Assembly: GCA_965214825.1 (NCBI GenBank)
Contig: OZ243981.1
Location: 658,567 to 722,566 of the forward strand
Direction: 5' to 3'
DNA: 64,000 nt
Origin: an uncultured Pedosphaera sp.
Lineage (GTDB): Bacteria; Verrucomicrobiota; Verrucomicrobiia; Limisphaerales; AAA164-E04
The notes beneath the pieces are model-generated. The model did no database searches, had not been told where the DNA came from, and saw nothing but the letters and a program-made list of their open reading frames with translations. The translations under genes and the position numbers were made by a program. Below, one piece after another: positions 49,201 through 57,022 of this stretch. Every line of letters begins with the position of its first letter. Positions within the stretch are counted from its first letter, which is position 1.

Positions 49201-51790
49201 ACTGACCTCCTTGACCTTGCCTAGCGGCTTGGAGAACTTGAAGTCTCTCTACCTCTCCAAAAATCGCTTCACTTCCTTGACCTTACCCGCCGACTTAAAG
49301 AACCTGCAGACTTTGTTTCTCTACGACAATCCTTTGGAGAGTTTGCATATACCGCTAGACATGGATATTGCAAATCTTGTGCTTGGAGGTTTCCCAAAAT
49401 CAGAAGTGACCTTCTATGATCCCGCGACCGGAGAGACGATTGCACCGCCGCCAACCGGAGAACCGCCCACGACTGGGACATTCATTACCCTCACCGGAAC
49501 GACAAGCGCTGGCAGCGATTTTCGTTTGGAGATCGATGCCGACACGGAGTTTTTGTCTCTCTCTGACAATCTACTGACTTCCCTCACCGTGCCCGCTGGC
49601 CTGGAGAACTTGCAGCGGCTGCACCTCTTCGACAATCAACTCTCTTTCATAACTTTGCCCGATGGTTTGACGAACTTGCAGCATCTGTATCTCTTTGGCA
49701 ATCAACTGACTAACTTGGCCTTGCCGGAGGGCCTGGAAGATTTGCAGCGGCTGTATCTTTTCGACAATCAGTTGACCAATCTGACCTTGCCCGAGGGTTT
49801 AATGAACTTGCGAGTGCTGGTTCTCAACGACAATCCTTTGGAGAGTGTGCGGGCGCCTCAAGGATTGGACATTGAAAATATCCTTCTCGTTGGTTTCCCA
49901 AAATCAGAAGTGACCTTCTACGACCCGGCGACTGGAGAGACGATTGCGCCGCCACCCACAGAACCCACAGAGCCAGCAGAGCCCATGGAACCATCAGAGC
50001 CCACGGAGCCAACAGAACCAGAACCGCCAATTGAGGAAACTGTCCTCATCACCGGAACGACAAGCGCCGGCAGCGCTTTTAGACGGGAGGTTACTGCAAA
50101 GGTGACGTCTTTGGGTCTCTCCGGCAATGACCTGACTTCTGTAATCTTGCCCGAAGGCTTGGAGAAATTACAGCGGTTGGGTCTCTACCACAACCGCCTG
50201 ACAGCCTTTACCTTGCCTAACAGCTTGATTAGCTTGCAGTCTCTGGGTCTCTGGAACAATCGCCTGACTACCTTCACCCTACCCAATACCTTAACCAACT
50301 TGCAGGAGCTACATCTCGGCAACAATCAGCTGACCGCCTTTGCCCTGCCCCATACCTTGACCAACTTGACGAGTCTGAATCTCTTCGGCAATCAGCTGAC
50401 CGCTTTCACCTTGCCTGACAGCTTAACCAACTTGACGAATCTGAGTCTCTGGAACAATCAGCTGACCGCCTTCGCCCTGTCCCATACCTTGACCAACTTG
50501 ACGAGTCTGGATCTCTTCGGCAATCAGCTGACCGCCTTCACCTTGCCTGACAGCTTGACTAACTTGACGAATCTGAGTCTCTGGAACAATCGCCTAACCA
50601 CCTTCACTCTGCCCCATACCTTGACCAACTTGACGAGTCTGGATCTCTACAATAATCAACTAACTAATATGACCTTGCCCGTCGGCTTGGAGAATTTGGA
50701 GACGCTGCGGCTCGACGGCAATCAACTGACCTCCCTGATTTTACCCACCAGCCTGGAGAACTTAGAGAGGCTGGATCTCCGCAGCAATCAACTGACTAAT
50801 TTGACCTTGCCCGCCGGCTTGGAGAATTTGGAGACGCTGGATCTCCGCGGTAATCCTTTGGAGAGTGTGCGTGTGCCTCTGGGCATGAACCTTGAATTTC
50901 TCCCTCTTCAAGGTTTCCCAAAATCAGAAGTGACCTTCTACGATCCCGCGACCGGAGAGACGATTGCACCGCCGTCCACAGAGCCGATAGAACCAGAACC
51001 GCCAACTGAGGAAACTCTCCTCATCACCGGGACGACAAGCGACGGCAGCGCTTTTAGACGGGAGGTCGACGCCGACACAGAGTCTCTGCCCCTCTCCAGA
51101 AATCAGTTGACCAATCTGACTTTGCCCGCCGGCTTGACCAGCTTGAGGTCATTGTATCTTGCCAACAATCAACTCACATCCCTGATTTTGCCAAACGACT
51201 TGACCAGCTTGGAGACGCTGTATCTCAGCTACAACCGCCTGAATGCCTTCTCCGTGCCCAATACCTTAACCAACTTGAGGACGTTGAATATCGGCGGCAA
51301 TCGTCTGGCTTCGCTGACTTTGCCCACAGGCTTGACCAACTTGAGAACACTGACTCTCAACAACAATTCCCTGACCCACCTGGCCTTGCCCGCTGGCCTG
51401 ACGAGCTTGCGCTCGCTGGTTCTCAACGGCAATCCTTTGGAGAGTTTGTGTGTGCCCGAAGGCATGGACATTGAGAGTCTCAACCTGCAAGGTTTCCCGA
51501 AATCGGCGGTGACCTTTTGTGAGCCAACGATGGGCACCTTGACCTTGCCGGAAGCCAGCTCGGCGAACTTCAGGCGCTTGTCACTCGACAACAACAACCC
51601 TTTGGAGATTGTGCGGATTGCGGGGGGCGGGGTGCAGATTCTTTGGCAGGGAGGGACATTGCAAAGCACGACTGATTTGAGGGGCGAGTGGGAAGCCGTG
51701 GCGCCGTCTCGTTTTTCTCGGGAGGGGGTGTTGTCGATTCCGCCTAAGCGGAAAGGCGCAGAGTTCTTCCGCCTGAAACCGGCGAAGTAA
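46298..51790 (+). CDS. giant modular leucine-rich-repeat secreted protein, paralogue B (1830 aa, intact)
   Basis: Long leader ending ALALALTLPAAAQ. There are nine modules. Each has a TITGT.SDGS beta-rich head, 4-10 LRRs of 22-24 aa (L..L.L..N.LT.LTLP.GL.NL), a cap NPLESLRVPLGMDIE.L.L.GFPKSEVTFYDP and a Pro/Thr/Glu linker. A unique C-terminal domain ends in AEFFRLKPAK. TAA stop. Confidence 0.85.
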   Translation: MKLKDTAAMKPLSVILSKLVATAANKTAKPQPIKNRPTSPHRIGLALALALTLPAAAQTLTITGTKTDGSAFSRQVNPNTTSLDLRYLNLVSLTLPDGLTSLQRLDLYKNLLTTLTLPDGLTSLTRLDIRHNRLTTLTLPDGLANLQGLGLSHNRLSTLTLPDGLANLQDLSLHNNRLTTLTLPDGLANLQSLSLGDNRLSTLTLPDDLTNLEDLSLPRNRLTALTLPDSLTNLQGLYLRDNQLTSLTLPVGLDSLKDLELWGNPLESLRMPLGMDIEFLDLQGFPKSEVTFYDPATEKPPALTGTHSDGSDFRREVATSAASLNLADNGLTSLTLPDGLANLQELNLADNGLTSLALPEDLTSLQELVLFNNQLTNLTLPENSANLRELYLADNGLTALNLPEGLANLRTLVLKDNQLTNLTLPEGLTNLRVLVLNDNPLESVRVPQGLDIENILLVGFPKSEVTFYDPATGEMIAPPPTGEPPTTGTFITLTGTTSAGSDFRLEVDADTEFLSLSDNLLISLTVPNGLENLQQLHLFDNQLSFITLPDGLTNLQHLYLFGNQLTNLALPEGLENLQRLYLFDNQLTNLTLPEGLMNLRVLVLNDNPLESVRAPQGLDIENILLVGFSKSEVTFYDPATGETIAPPPTGQTLTVTGAISGGKPFSRQVPADAESLSLDNNQLTSLILPSGLENLKSLYLSKNRFTSLTLPADLKNLQTLFLYDNPLESLHIPLDMDIENLVLGGFPKSEVTFYDPATGETIAPPPTGEPPTTGTFITLTGTTSAGSDFRLEVDADTEFLSLSDNLLTSLTVPAGLENLQRLHLFDNQLSFITLPDGLTNLQHLYLFGNQLTNLALPEGLEDLQRLYLFDNQLTNLTLPEGLMNLRVLVLYDNPLESLHIPLDMDIENILLVGFPKSEVTFYDPATGETIAPPPTGQTLTVTGAISGGKPFSRRVPADAESLSLDNNQLTSLTLPSGLENLKSLYLSKNRFTSLTLPADLKNLQTLFLYDNPLESLHIPLDMDIANLVLGGFPKSEVTFYDPATGETIAPPPTGEPPTTGTFITLTGTTSAGSDFRLEIDADTEFLSLSDNLLTSLTVPAGLENLQRLHLFDNQLSFITLPDGLTNLQHLYLFGNQLTNLALPEGLEDLQRLYLFDNQLTNLTLPEGLMNLRVLVLNDNPLESVRAPQGLDIENILLVGFPKSEVTFYDPATGETIAPPPTEPTEPAEPMEPSEPTEPTEPEPPIEETVLITGTTSAGSAFRREVTAKVTSLGLSGNDLTSVILPEGLEKLQRLGLYHNRLTAFTLPNSLISLQSLGLWNNRLTTFTLPNTLTNLQELHLGNNQLTAFALPHTLTNLTSLNLFGNQLTAFTLPDSLTNLTNLSLWNNQLTAFALSHTLTNLTSLDLFGNQLTAFTLPDSLTNLTNLSLWNNRLTTFTLPHTLTNLTSLDLYNNQLTNMTLPVGLENLETLRLDGNQLTSLILPTSLENLERLDLRSNQLTNLTLPAGLENLETLDLRGNPLESVRVPLGMNLEFLPLQGFPKSEVTFYDPATGETIAPPSTEPIEPEPPTEETLLITGTTSDGSAFRREVDADTESLPLSRNQLTNLTLPAGLTSLRSLYLANNQLTSLILPNDLTSLETLYLSYNRLNAFSVPNTLTNLRTLNIGGNRLASLTLPTGLTNLRTLTLNNNSLTHLALPAGLTSLRSLVLNGNPLESLCVPEGMDIESLNLQGFPKSAVTFCEPTMGTLTLPEASSANFRRLSLDNNNPLEIVRIAGGGVQILWQGGTLQSTTDLRGEWEAVAPSRFSREGVLSIPPKRKGAEFFRLKPAK
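47690..49960. repeat. about 2.6 near-identical 858-bp tandem copies (286-aa double module) inside LRR gene B
   Basis: ggagaaccgcccacgactggg occurs at 47741, 48599 and 49457 (offset 858 each). Shadow ORFs 47698, 48556 and 49414 translate almost identically. Confidence 0.85.
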
Positions 51791-51987
51791 AAGTGAGGCA
51801 GACACTCGAAGAGCAGTTAGGGCGGAGGGGAACCGACATCCAACTTCCTGTCTGCCCGACCTTTATGCTGGACAAGGTGAAAAAGCCAGTAACTGCTTGT
51901 TGCGAATTCTTTTGTTGACATTCTTGAAAAAGGAGAGTACACTTTTCCTAAATTGTTTTTAGACCCAATTAAACAGTGGAGTAGATT

Positions 51988-52687
51988 ATGTTCTCAAGAT
52001 GGTTGATTGTTGTTGGGATTGCGGTGGGGATGGCGGGCTTCCATTGGGAAGCGACAGCGCAGTTGGTAGTGTTCAGCTTTAATGATGCGGCCAGGGATGA
52101 GACTTCGTTCAGTCCGGATTCTCAGACAGCGAACGGCTTGGCCGGCAACATGACGCGCGGTTCCGGGCTAATCGCAACCAAGGCAGGCGGCACCTTCAGC
52201 GCAAAAGGATGGTCAACCGAGGGCATCGACCTGAATAACTATTACAGTTTTTCCTTCGGCGCCAGCTCTGGCTTTCAAGCAGCCTTATCCTCATTGGAGT
52301 TGAGCGGACGGCGTTCGGGAACCGGCATCCGCAATTGGTCGGTCCGCAGCAGCCTAGACAATTTCTCCTCCGATCTGTCCCCCTCGCCCTTCTCAGTGTG
52401 CTCAACAACACAGACACTCACTCGGGGCAGGTTCCCTTCAGCAGCGAGAGTTTTTCCGGCCTAACAAGAGATCAGTGGAATTTCGGATTTACGACTACAA
52501 TGCGGAAGCGAGTTCCGGAACATGGCGCATCGACAATGTGAAACTCGCCGGCCAAATTACTGTGGTTCCCGAACCTGCCGGGTGTTTGGTTGGGGGGAAC
52601 ATGGTGCTGCTTGCATTGGGATTTTGTTGGTATCGCCGCCGGCATCGTCAAGGTCGCCCGAACACTGTCGGGGAAGCTGCCCTCTGA
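51988..52687 (+). pseudogene. PEP-CTERM sorting-domain protein, split over three frames
   Basis: Frame 1 has a signal peptide, then SFNDAA..LTRGSGL..GWSTEG..NWSVRSSLDNFSSDL. Frame 3 has LSVLNNTDTHSGQVPFSSESFSGLT. Frame 2 has VEFRIYDYNAEASSGTWRIDNVKLAGQITVVPEPAGCLVGGNMVLLALGFCWYRRRHR, which is VPEP, a TM segment and a basic tail. Confidence 0.65.
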
Positions 52688-52735
52688 ATCCGGCAGCCGG
52701 GCAAAGTTGCTTCAAGCCGGGTTCAAAATTAGCCA

Positions 52736-53020
52736 ATGGCAAAACGTTGCCATCACTGCGGGTGGGAATGGATGCTCAGCGAGCAACCTGGACGAAGCGA
52801 GACTTGCTTTCAATGCCGGATGGACCTGCGGGTTTGTTTGAATTGCGAACACTTTGATCAACGAGCAGCCTATCAATGCCGTGAACGGAGAGCCGAGCCG
52901 GTGATGGAAAAAGAGCGAGCCAACTTCTGCGAGTATTTCGAAATGACCGAACGTCCCTTCAACAACCAGCCGAAACAATCAAATGCGGCCGAAAAACTGA
53001 AAAAACTTCTCGGCGGCTGA
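52736..53020 (+). CDS. small Cys-rich (zinc-ribbon-like) hypothetical protein
   Basis: 94 aa with CHHC, CFQC, CLNC and further Cys residues. No family recognised with confidence. Confidence 0.45.
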   Translation: MAKRCHHCGWEWMLSEQPGRSETCFQCRMDLRVCLNCEHFDQRAAYQCRERRAEPVMEKERANFCEYFEMTERPFNNQPKQSNAAEKLKKLLGG

Positions 53021-53134
53021 ACCTCTTGTGCGGGCATCCTTGCGCCGGAGACGGACGCAATTAGGATGCCGGCCGTTTGTTTAGCGCCCAAAGAAACCCA
53101 TTCTGAAATTTGAAACACTGAATATCGACGCTAT

Positions 53135-54217
53135 ATGCCCCAGAAAACTACTGAGAAAGGACGAAAACCGGTCTCGACTTCAACCGCCAACGCCTCCGAA
53201 AAAAGCCGCAATTTGCAAACCGCCATCCACACCATCACCAAAACATTCGGGGAAGGCAGCATCATGCGTCTCGGAGACGCCAGACTGAAATCCCAAATAG
53301 AAGCCATTCCCACGGGCGCCATGTCGCTCGACATAGCCTTGGGCGTAGGCGGTTTGCCGAAGGGGAGAATCATCGAGATCTACGGGCCGGAATCTTCCGG
53401 CAAGACCACAGTCATGCTGCATGTCATCGCCAACGCCCAAAAGGTCGGTGGCACCGCGGCATTCATCGACGCCGAACATGCCTTGGACCCGGTGTATGCC
53501 AAGAGACTGGGGGTCAATTTGGACAACCTGTTGGTATCCCAGCCCGACAGCGGCGAGGAAGCGCTGACCATTTGCGAAACCCTTGCCCGGTCGGGAGCCG
53601 TTGATGCCATCGTGGTTGATTCCGTGGCGGCCTTGGTGCCGAAGGCTGAGTTGGACGGGGAGATGGGCATGGCAACAATGGGCATGCAAGCCCGGTTGAT
53701 GAGCCAAGCTTTGCGCAAACTCACCTCCATCCTGAGCAAAGGGAAAACCACCTGTCTGTTCACCAACCAATTGAGAGAAAAAGTGGGCGTCATATTCGGC
53801 AGCCCCGAAACGACACCGGGCGGGAAAGCCTTGAAGTTCTACGCCAGTGTGAGAATGGATATCCGCCGGAGAGAAACCCTGAAAAATGCTGCCGGCGCCG
53901 CGATTGGCAACCATGTCAAAGTGAAAATCGTGAAGAACAAAGTCGCGCCCCCGTTTGCGGAAGCTGAGTTCGACATCATATATAACCAAGGTATCAACAA
54001 AGAAGGCAGCATTCTCGAACTCGGCGTCAAGGACGGCGTTGTCGAGAAAAAGGGAGCCTGGTTTCAATTTGACGGAGAATTGATCGGCCAGGGCAAGGAA
54101 GCAGCGCGGTTAGCGTTGCGGGACAACCCGGCCTTGGCCGAACGCATCCAGGCCGCGATTCTGGACAAACGGAATCCCTCCAAAACCGAACCGGAATCCA
54201 AGCAGACGAAGGCTTGA
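53135..54217 (+). CDS. recA: recombinase RecA
   Basis: [20 protein letters not shown] (Walker A)..[55 protein letters not shown]. Confidence 0.95.
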   Translation: MPQKTTEKGRKPVSTSTANASEKSRNLQTAIHTITKTFGEGSIMRLGDARLKSQIEAIPTGAMSLDIALGVGGLPKGRIIEIYGPESSGKTTVMLHVIANAQKVGGTAAFIDAEHALDPVYAKRLGVNLDNLLVSQPDSGEEALTICETLARSGAVDAIVVDSVAALVPKAELDGEMGMATMGMQARLMSQALRKLTSILSKGKTTCLFTNQLREKVGVIFGSPETTPGGKALKFYASVRMDIRRRETLKNAAGAAIGNHVKVKIVKNKVAPPFAEAEFDIIYNQGINKEGSILELGVKDGVVEKKGAWFQFDGELIGQGKEAARLALRDNPALAERIQAAILDKRNPSKTEPESKQTKA

Positions 54218-54244
54218 ACCGCCTTGGCGAATTGCAGCCGGGAT

Positions 54245-54808
54245 TCACTCGCGTCTTGCATCCGGATCGGCTGGCCGGCAAGGAGAAAGCGGTGGTTGGG
54301 CGTTTTCTGAGAGAGTATCCGCTGCTGCTTCAACTTCAGCAGGAGGGGCATCCCACGCCTGTCTTTGCGGCCGGCTGCTTTCGGTGGTTCCCAAAGATTC
54401 CCGTTCGTGTCTGCCATTTCCTCGCATGGGCCTGAGGCCATGCCCGGAGCGCATCCCGCGCCGGCGAAAGACTTCGTTGAACTGGGCCATCTGTTCTTCG
54501 GATAGGAGCGCTTGAATTTGCTCTCGCATGGCTTTTCCTTCAGCTTCGATCTGCGGGCGCACTTTGTCCATGAGCGAGCGCATCCGCTCTTGTCTGGCTT
54601 TGAGAATGGCGCTCACTTTTTCCCGCTGCTCGGCGCTGAGTTTGAGGCGCGATTCCATTCGCCGCATGATGTCGCGCATGGGCGGACGCTGCTTTTCATG
54701 GACGTCGTGACTTTTTTTTGTCTGGGAATCCGCGGCAAAAAAGCCGGTAACGATGCCGGCAAGGTAGAGGACAAAAGCGGCGAGTATGACCTTCCAGAGA
54801 TTCACCAA
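54245..54808 (-). CDS. periplasmic Spy/CpxP-like (LTXXQ-type, heavy-metal-sensor family) protein with N-terminal anchor
   Basis: N-terminal TM segment. LKLSAEQREKVSAIL and LLSEEQMAQFNEVF are repeats typical of the family. Third gene of the ECF sigma operon. Confidence 0.55.
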   Translation of the reverse strand: MVNLWKVILAAFVLYLAGIVTGFFAADSQTKKSHDVHEKQRPPMRDIMRRMESRLKLSAEQREKVSAILKARQERMRSLMDKVRPQIEAEGKAMREQIQALLSEEQMAQFNEVFRRRGMRSGHGLRPMRGNGRHERESLGTTESSRPQRQAWDAPPAEVEAAADTLSENAQPPLSPCRPADPDARRE

Positions 54809-55122
54809 AGCTCCTCGATGTCCAATTCGTCAAACGGCTGCATCATGGTCAACTCGATGTCGGTGGCAAGCGGGTCCATCGTTGGCGGGTGTTCGTTGAC
54901 GAGAAGGCTCCACGCGCCGATGGCAAATATCATCAAGGCGAGGCACGGCACGGTTGCCTGCCACAAGCCTCGGGACCACAAGGCCAAGGAGTCAGGCGGG
55001 CTGGCGGCGGAGGCAGCGAGGTGGGCCGTGATTCGCTTTTCAAACAAGTAAGGGACGCAGGCATCTTCCGGCAATTTCCGGGCGGCCCGCAGGATGGTTT
55101 CATGCAGACGGCGGTTCTTCAT
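54802..55122 (-). CDS. putative anti-sigma factor (single-pass membrane protein)
   Basis: 106 aa with one TM segment (ATVPCLALMIFAIGAWSLLV). Lies directly downstream of and overlapping the ECF sigma operon partners. Called from position only. Confidence 0.45.
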   Translation of the reverse strand: MKNRRLHETILRAARKLPEDACVPYLFEKRITAHLAASAASPPDSLALWSRGLWQATVPCLALMIFAIGAWSLLVNEHPPTMDPLATDIELTMMQPFDELDIEELW

Positions 55123-55160
55123 AAAACTTTAAAAATTAGACGCAGCGGTTTCATCATAGG

Positions 55161-55763
55161 TTACAAATACTGGCTTTTGTCAATTTTTTCAAGCAGTTTC
55201 CGCATCTCTTTGCGGGCGCGAAACGCGCGGACTTTCACTAGCGAAACAGACCACCCGGTCAGCGCGGCTATTTCCTTGATGGATTTCCCTTCGATTTCTT
55301 GCAGTGTGATCACCATCCGCGCCGGGGCGGAGAGTTGTCTGAGGATTTGATGGACGAGCGTTTTGGCGGCGTCCGCGCAATCTGCGGTTGGATAGGGGTC
55401 GCTGATGTATCGATCCAGAAAGGAAACGTCATCGTCGGTAATTTCCGAGAAATTGGATTCCCGATTTTTTTGGTGCGCTCTCAGGAAGTCGTAACAAGTG
55501 CGGACAGCCAGCCGCATCAGCCAGTGCTCAAAGGGCGCTTCAGCGCGGTAAGTGTGGAGTTTCTGAAATGCCTTGATGAAGATTTCTTGAACGATGTCTT
55601 CGATTTCGCTTTCCCGGCGGGCGTATTTTCGCGCGGTGGCGAAAACTTTCGGCTGGTATTTCTCGATCAGGATTTCAAAGCGGTCGGTTTGCCCGTCTTT
55701 GACTTGCTGGATGATTTGGCTTTCCTCGGGGTCGATTCGAGGCGTCTGCTTGCTTTTGCTCAT
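55161..55763 (-). CDS. RNA polymerase ECF-type sigma-70 factor
   Basis: Region 2 is FEILIEKYQPKVFATARKY..EDIVQEIFIKAFQKL. Region 4 is ITLQEIEGKSIKEIAALTGWSVSLVKVRAFRARKEMRKLL. ATG at 55763. Confidence 0.88.
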   Translation of the reverse strand: MSKSKQTPRIDPEESQIIQQVKDGQTDRFEILIEKYQPKVFATARKYARRESEIEDIVQEIFIKAFQKLHTYRAEAPFEHWLMRLAVRTCYDFLRAHQKNRESNFSEITDDDVSFLDRYISDPYPTADCADAAKTLVHQILRQLSAPARMVITLQEIEGKSIKEIAALTGWSVSLVKVRAFRARKEMRKLLEKIDKSQYL

Positions 55764-55891
55764 CGCAATGGATCGGAAGGCGGGGCGGAAGCCGCCGGGT
55801 ATCACGGCATTGGCCATTGGACATTGAAGGGCTGCCCTCCGTTCATCCGGCCATAGAACAATTTCCAGTTGGGTTCAGCAACACATATCTT

Positions 55892-56888
55892 CGCAATAAC
55901 AATTTAAGGGCTTTTGGGGTTTTGAGTTTTTATGGTGGTCGGTCAATCGTTAAAGCAGCCGGTGATGAAGGCGCTGAATGGATTGGGATTGTTGCGGTAA
56001 TTGTATTTCCAAGTGGCTTCGGAGAGATAAAGCTGCATGTCTTCTTTGGAATAATGGTGATGACTGCCATACCAAGCGCGTTTGAGCAGAGACCAAAACC
56101 CTTCAATCGTGTTGGTGTGGACATCCCCCAGCGCGTAGCGAACGGCATGGCGCACGACTTCGTGTTCCACGCCAATGGCGTCAATGTTGTGGAACTCCCT
56201 GGCTTCATCCGTCATCAGGCGAGTCCGTTTTTTGTGCAGCCAAGTGGCCATCAGGTGCCTAATGTTGGTGCGCAAAGGCGTCCCGGGCGGGTGTTTGACT
56301 TGGGCTCTGACTTGGCCACCCCGTTCCACCGCGCCAATCACCGGTGTTTTGTCGGAATATTTGTCTCTGGGCGGACGATTTTCGAAATGTTTGTTCGGTT
56401 TGCGTGGTCGCCCTCCGATAAAGGTTTCGTCGGCCTCGACAATCCCCCGCAAGAGTTTCTTGCTGCGCATCTGCCCCATCGCCAGGCGCACCCGCACTTG
56501 CAGATACCACGCCGATGGCTGGGTCATCTCCAAATCGCGGGAGAGTTGCCAGCTGGAAAGGCTTTTCTTGGCGTTGAGGATGAGGGCAATGGCCAAGAAC
56601 CATTTTTGGAGGGGGATTTTGGTTTTCTGGAAGATGGTGCCGGAAAGGACGTTGAAACTGCTCTTGCAAGCATGGCAATTCCACCGGCCAATGCGGTTTT
56701 TGTCCTTCTTTTTGGCGACATCATGGCTGTTGCAGAGGGGGCACTGGGGTTTGCCGTGCCAGCGGACGGCTTCCAAGTAGTCGAAGCAGGCTTGCTGGTC
56801 AGGAAAGCGTTCAAAGACTTTGATTAAGTTCATCCGCGCACCTTACCAAGCCCTCGAAATCTTGTCAAGCCCTTAAATTGTTATTGCG
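55892..56888 (-). mobile_element. IS1595-family insertion sequence, copy 2 (997 bp, intact)
   Basis: Perfect 22-bp IRs CGCAATAACAATTTAAGGGCTT at 55892-55913 and 56867-56888. The 8-bp duplication CATATCTT is at 55884-55891 and 56889-56896. Contains a single 296-aa transposase ORF. Confidence 0.9.
55943..56833 (-). CDS. IS1595-family transposase (N-terminal zinc ribbon plus ISXO2-like DDE domain)
   Basis: CPLCNSH..WNCHACKSSF is the zinc ribbon. GIVEADETFIGGRPRK, RLMTDEAREF and TNTIEGFWSLLKRAWYGSHHHYS are typical of IS1595/ISXO2-like transposases. Confidence 0.9.
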   Translation of the reverse strand: MNLIKVFERFPDQQACFDYLEAVRWHGKPQCPLCNSHDVAKKKDKNRIGRWNCHACKSSFNVLSGTIFQKTKIPLQKWFLAIALILNAKKSLSSWQLSRDLEMTQPSAWYLQVRVRLAMGQMRSKKLLRGIVEADETFIGGRPRKPNKHFENRPPRDKYSDKTPVIGAVERGGQVRAQVKHPPGTPLRTNIRHLMATWLHKKRTRLMTDEAREFHNIDAIGVEHEVVRHAVRYALGDVHTNTIEGFWSLLKRAWYGSHHHYSKEDMQLYLSEATWKYNYRNNPNPFSAFITGCFND

Positions 56889-57022
56889 CATATCTTCCGA
56901 TTGGTCTTTCCGGTGGACAACTCATGCAGGCGATTCGAGGAATGCGCTTTCAAAAAGAATCTCTGTTCTTTGCCGGCGCCTTGTTTTCCGTTACATCTCC
57001 GGTTGCCGGGCGGTCTTTTGAC

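Larger units (their letters stand above)
46056..51904. mobile_element. LRR cargo unit B: 5,849-bp transposase-less element with IS1595-type terminal inverted repeats and an 8-bp target-site duplication
   Basis: Left end is CGCAAAAAGCATTTACGGGCTT (46056-46077). Right end is AAGCCAGTAACTGCTTGTTGCG (51883-51904). The IRs match at 19/22. AATTCTTT is directly repeated at 46048-46055 and 51905-51912. The only gene inside is the intact LRR gene. Confidence 0.75.

Noticed and set aside
46298-51790. The periodic 66-72-bp repeats in the LRR genes could be taken for a CRISPR-like array.
   Set aside because: The repeats are in-frame leucine-rich repeats within one long ORF. There are no unique spacers of constant length, no palindromic repeat unit and no cas genes in the window.
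46298-51790. A diversity-generating retroelement or shufflon acting on the variable LRR genes.
   Set aside because: The window has no reverse transcriptase, no template/variable repeat pair with adenine-specific differences, and no site-specific recombinase or short inverted crossover sites.
17816-56888. The two inverted IS1595 copies as the arms of a 39-kb composite transposon.
   Set aside because: Copy 2 has its own perfect duplication, so it inserted alone. Copy 1 has none. The interval holds core genes (dnaN, recA, trpD, hisA, ndk).
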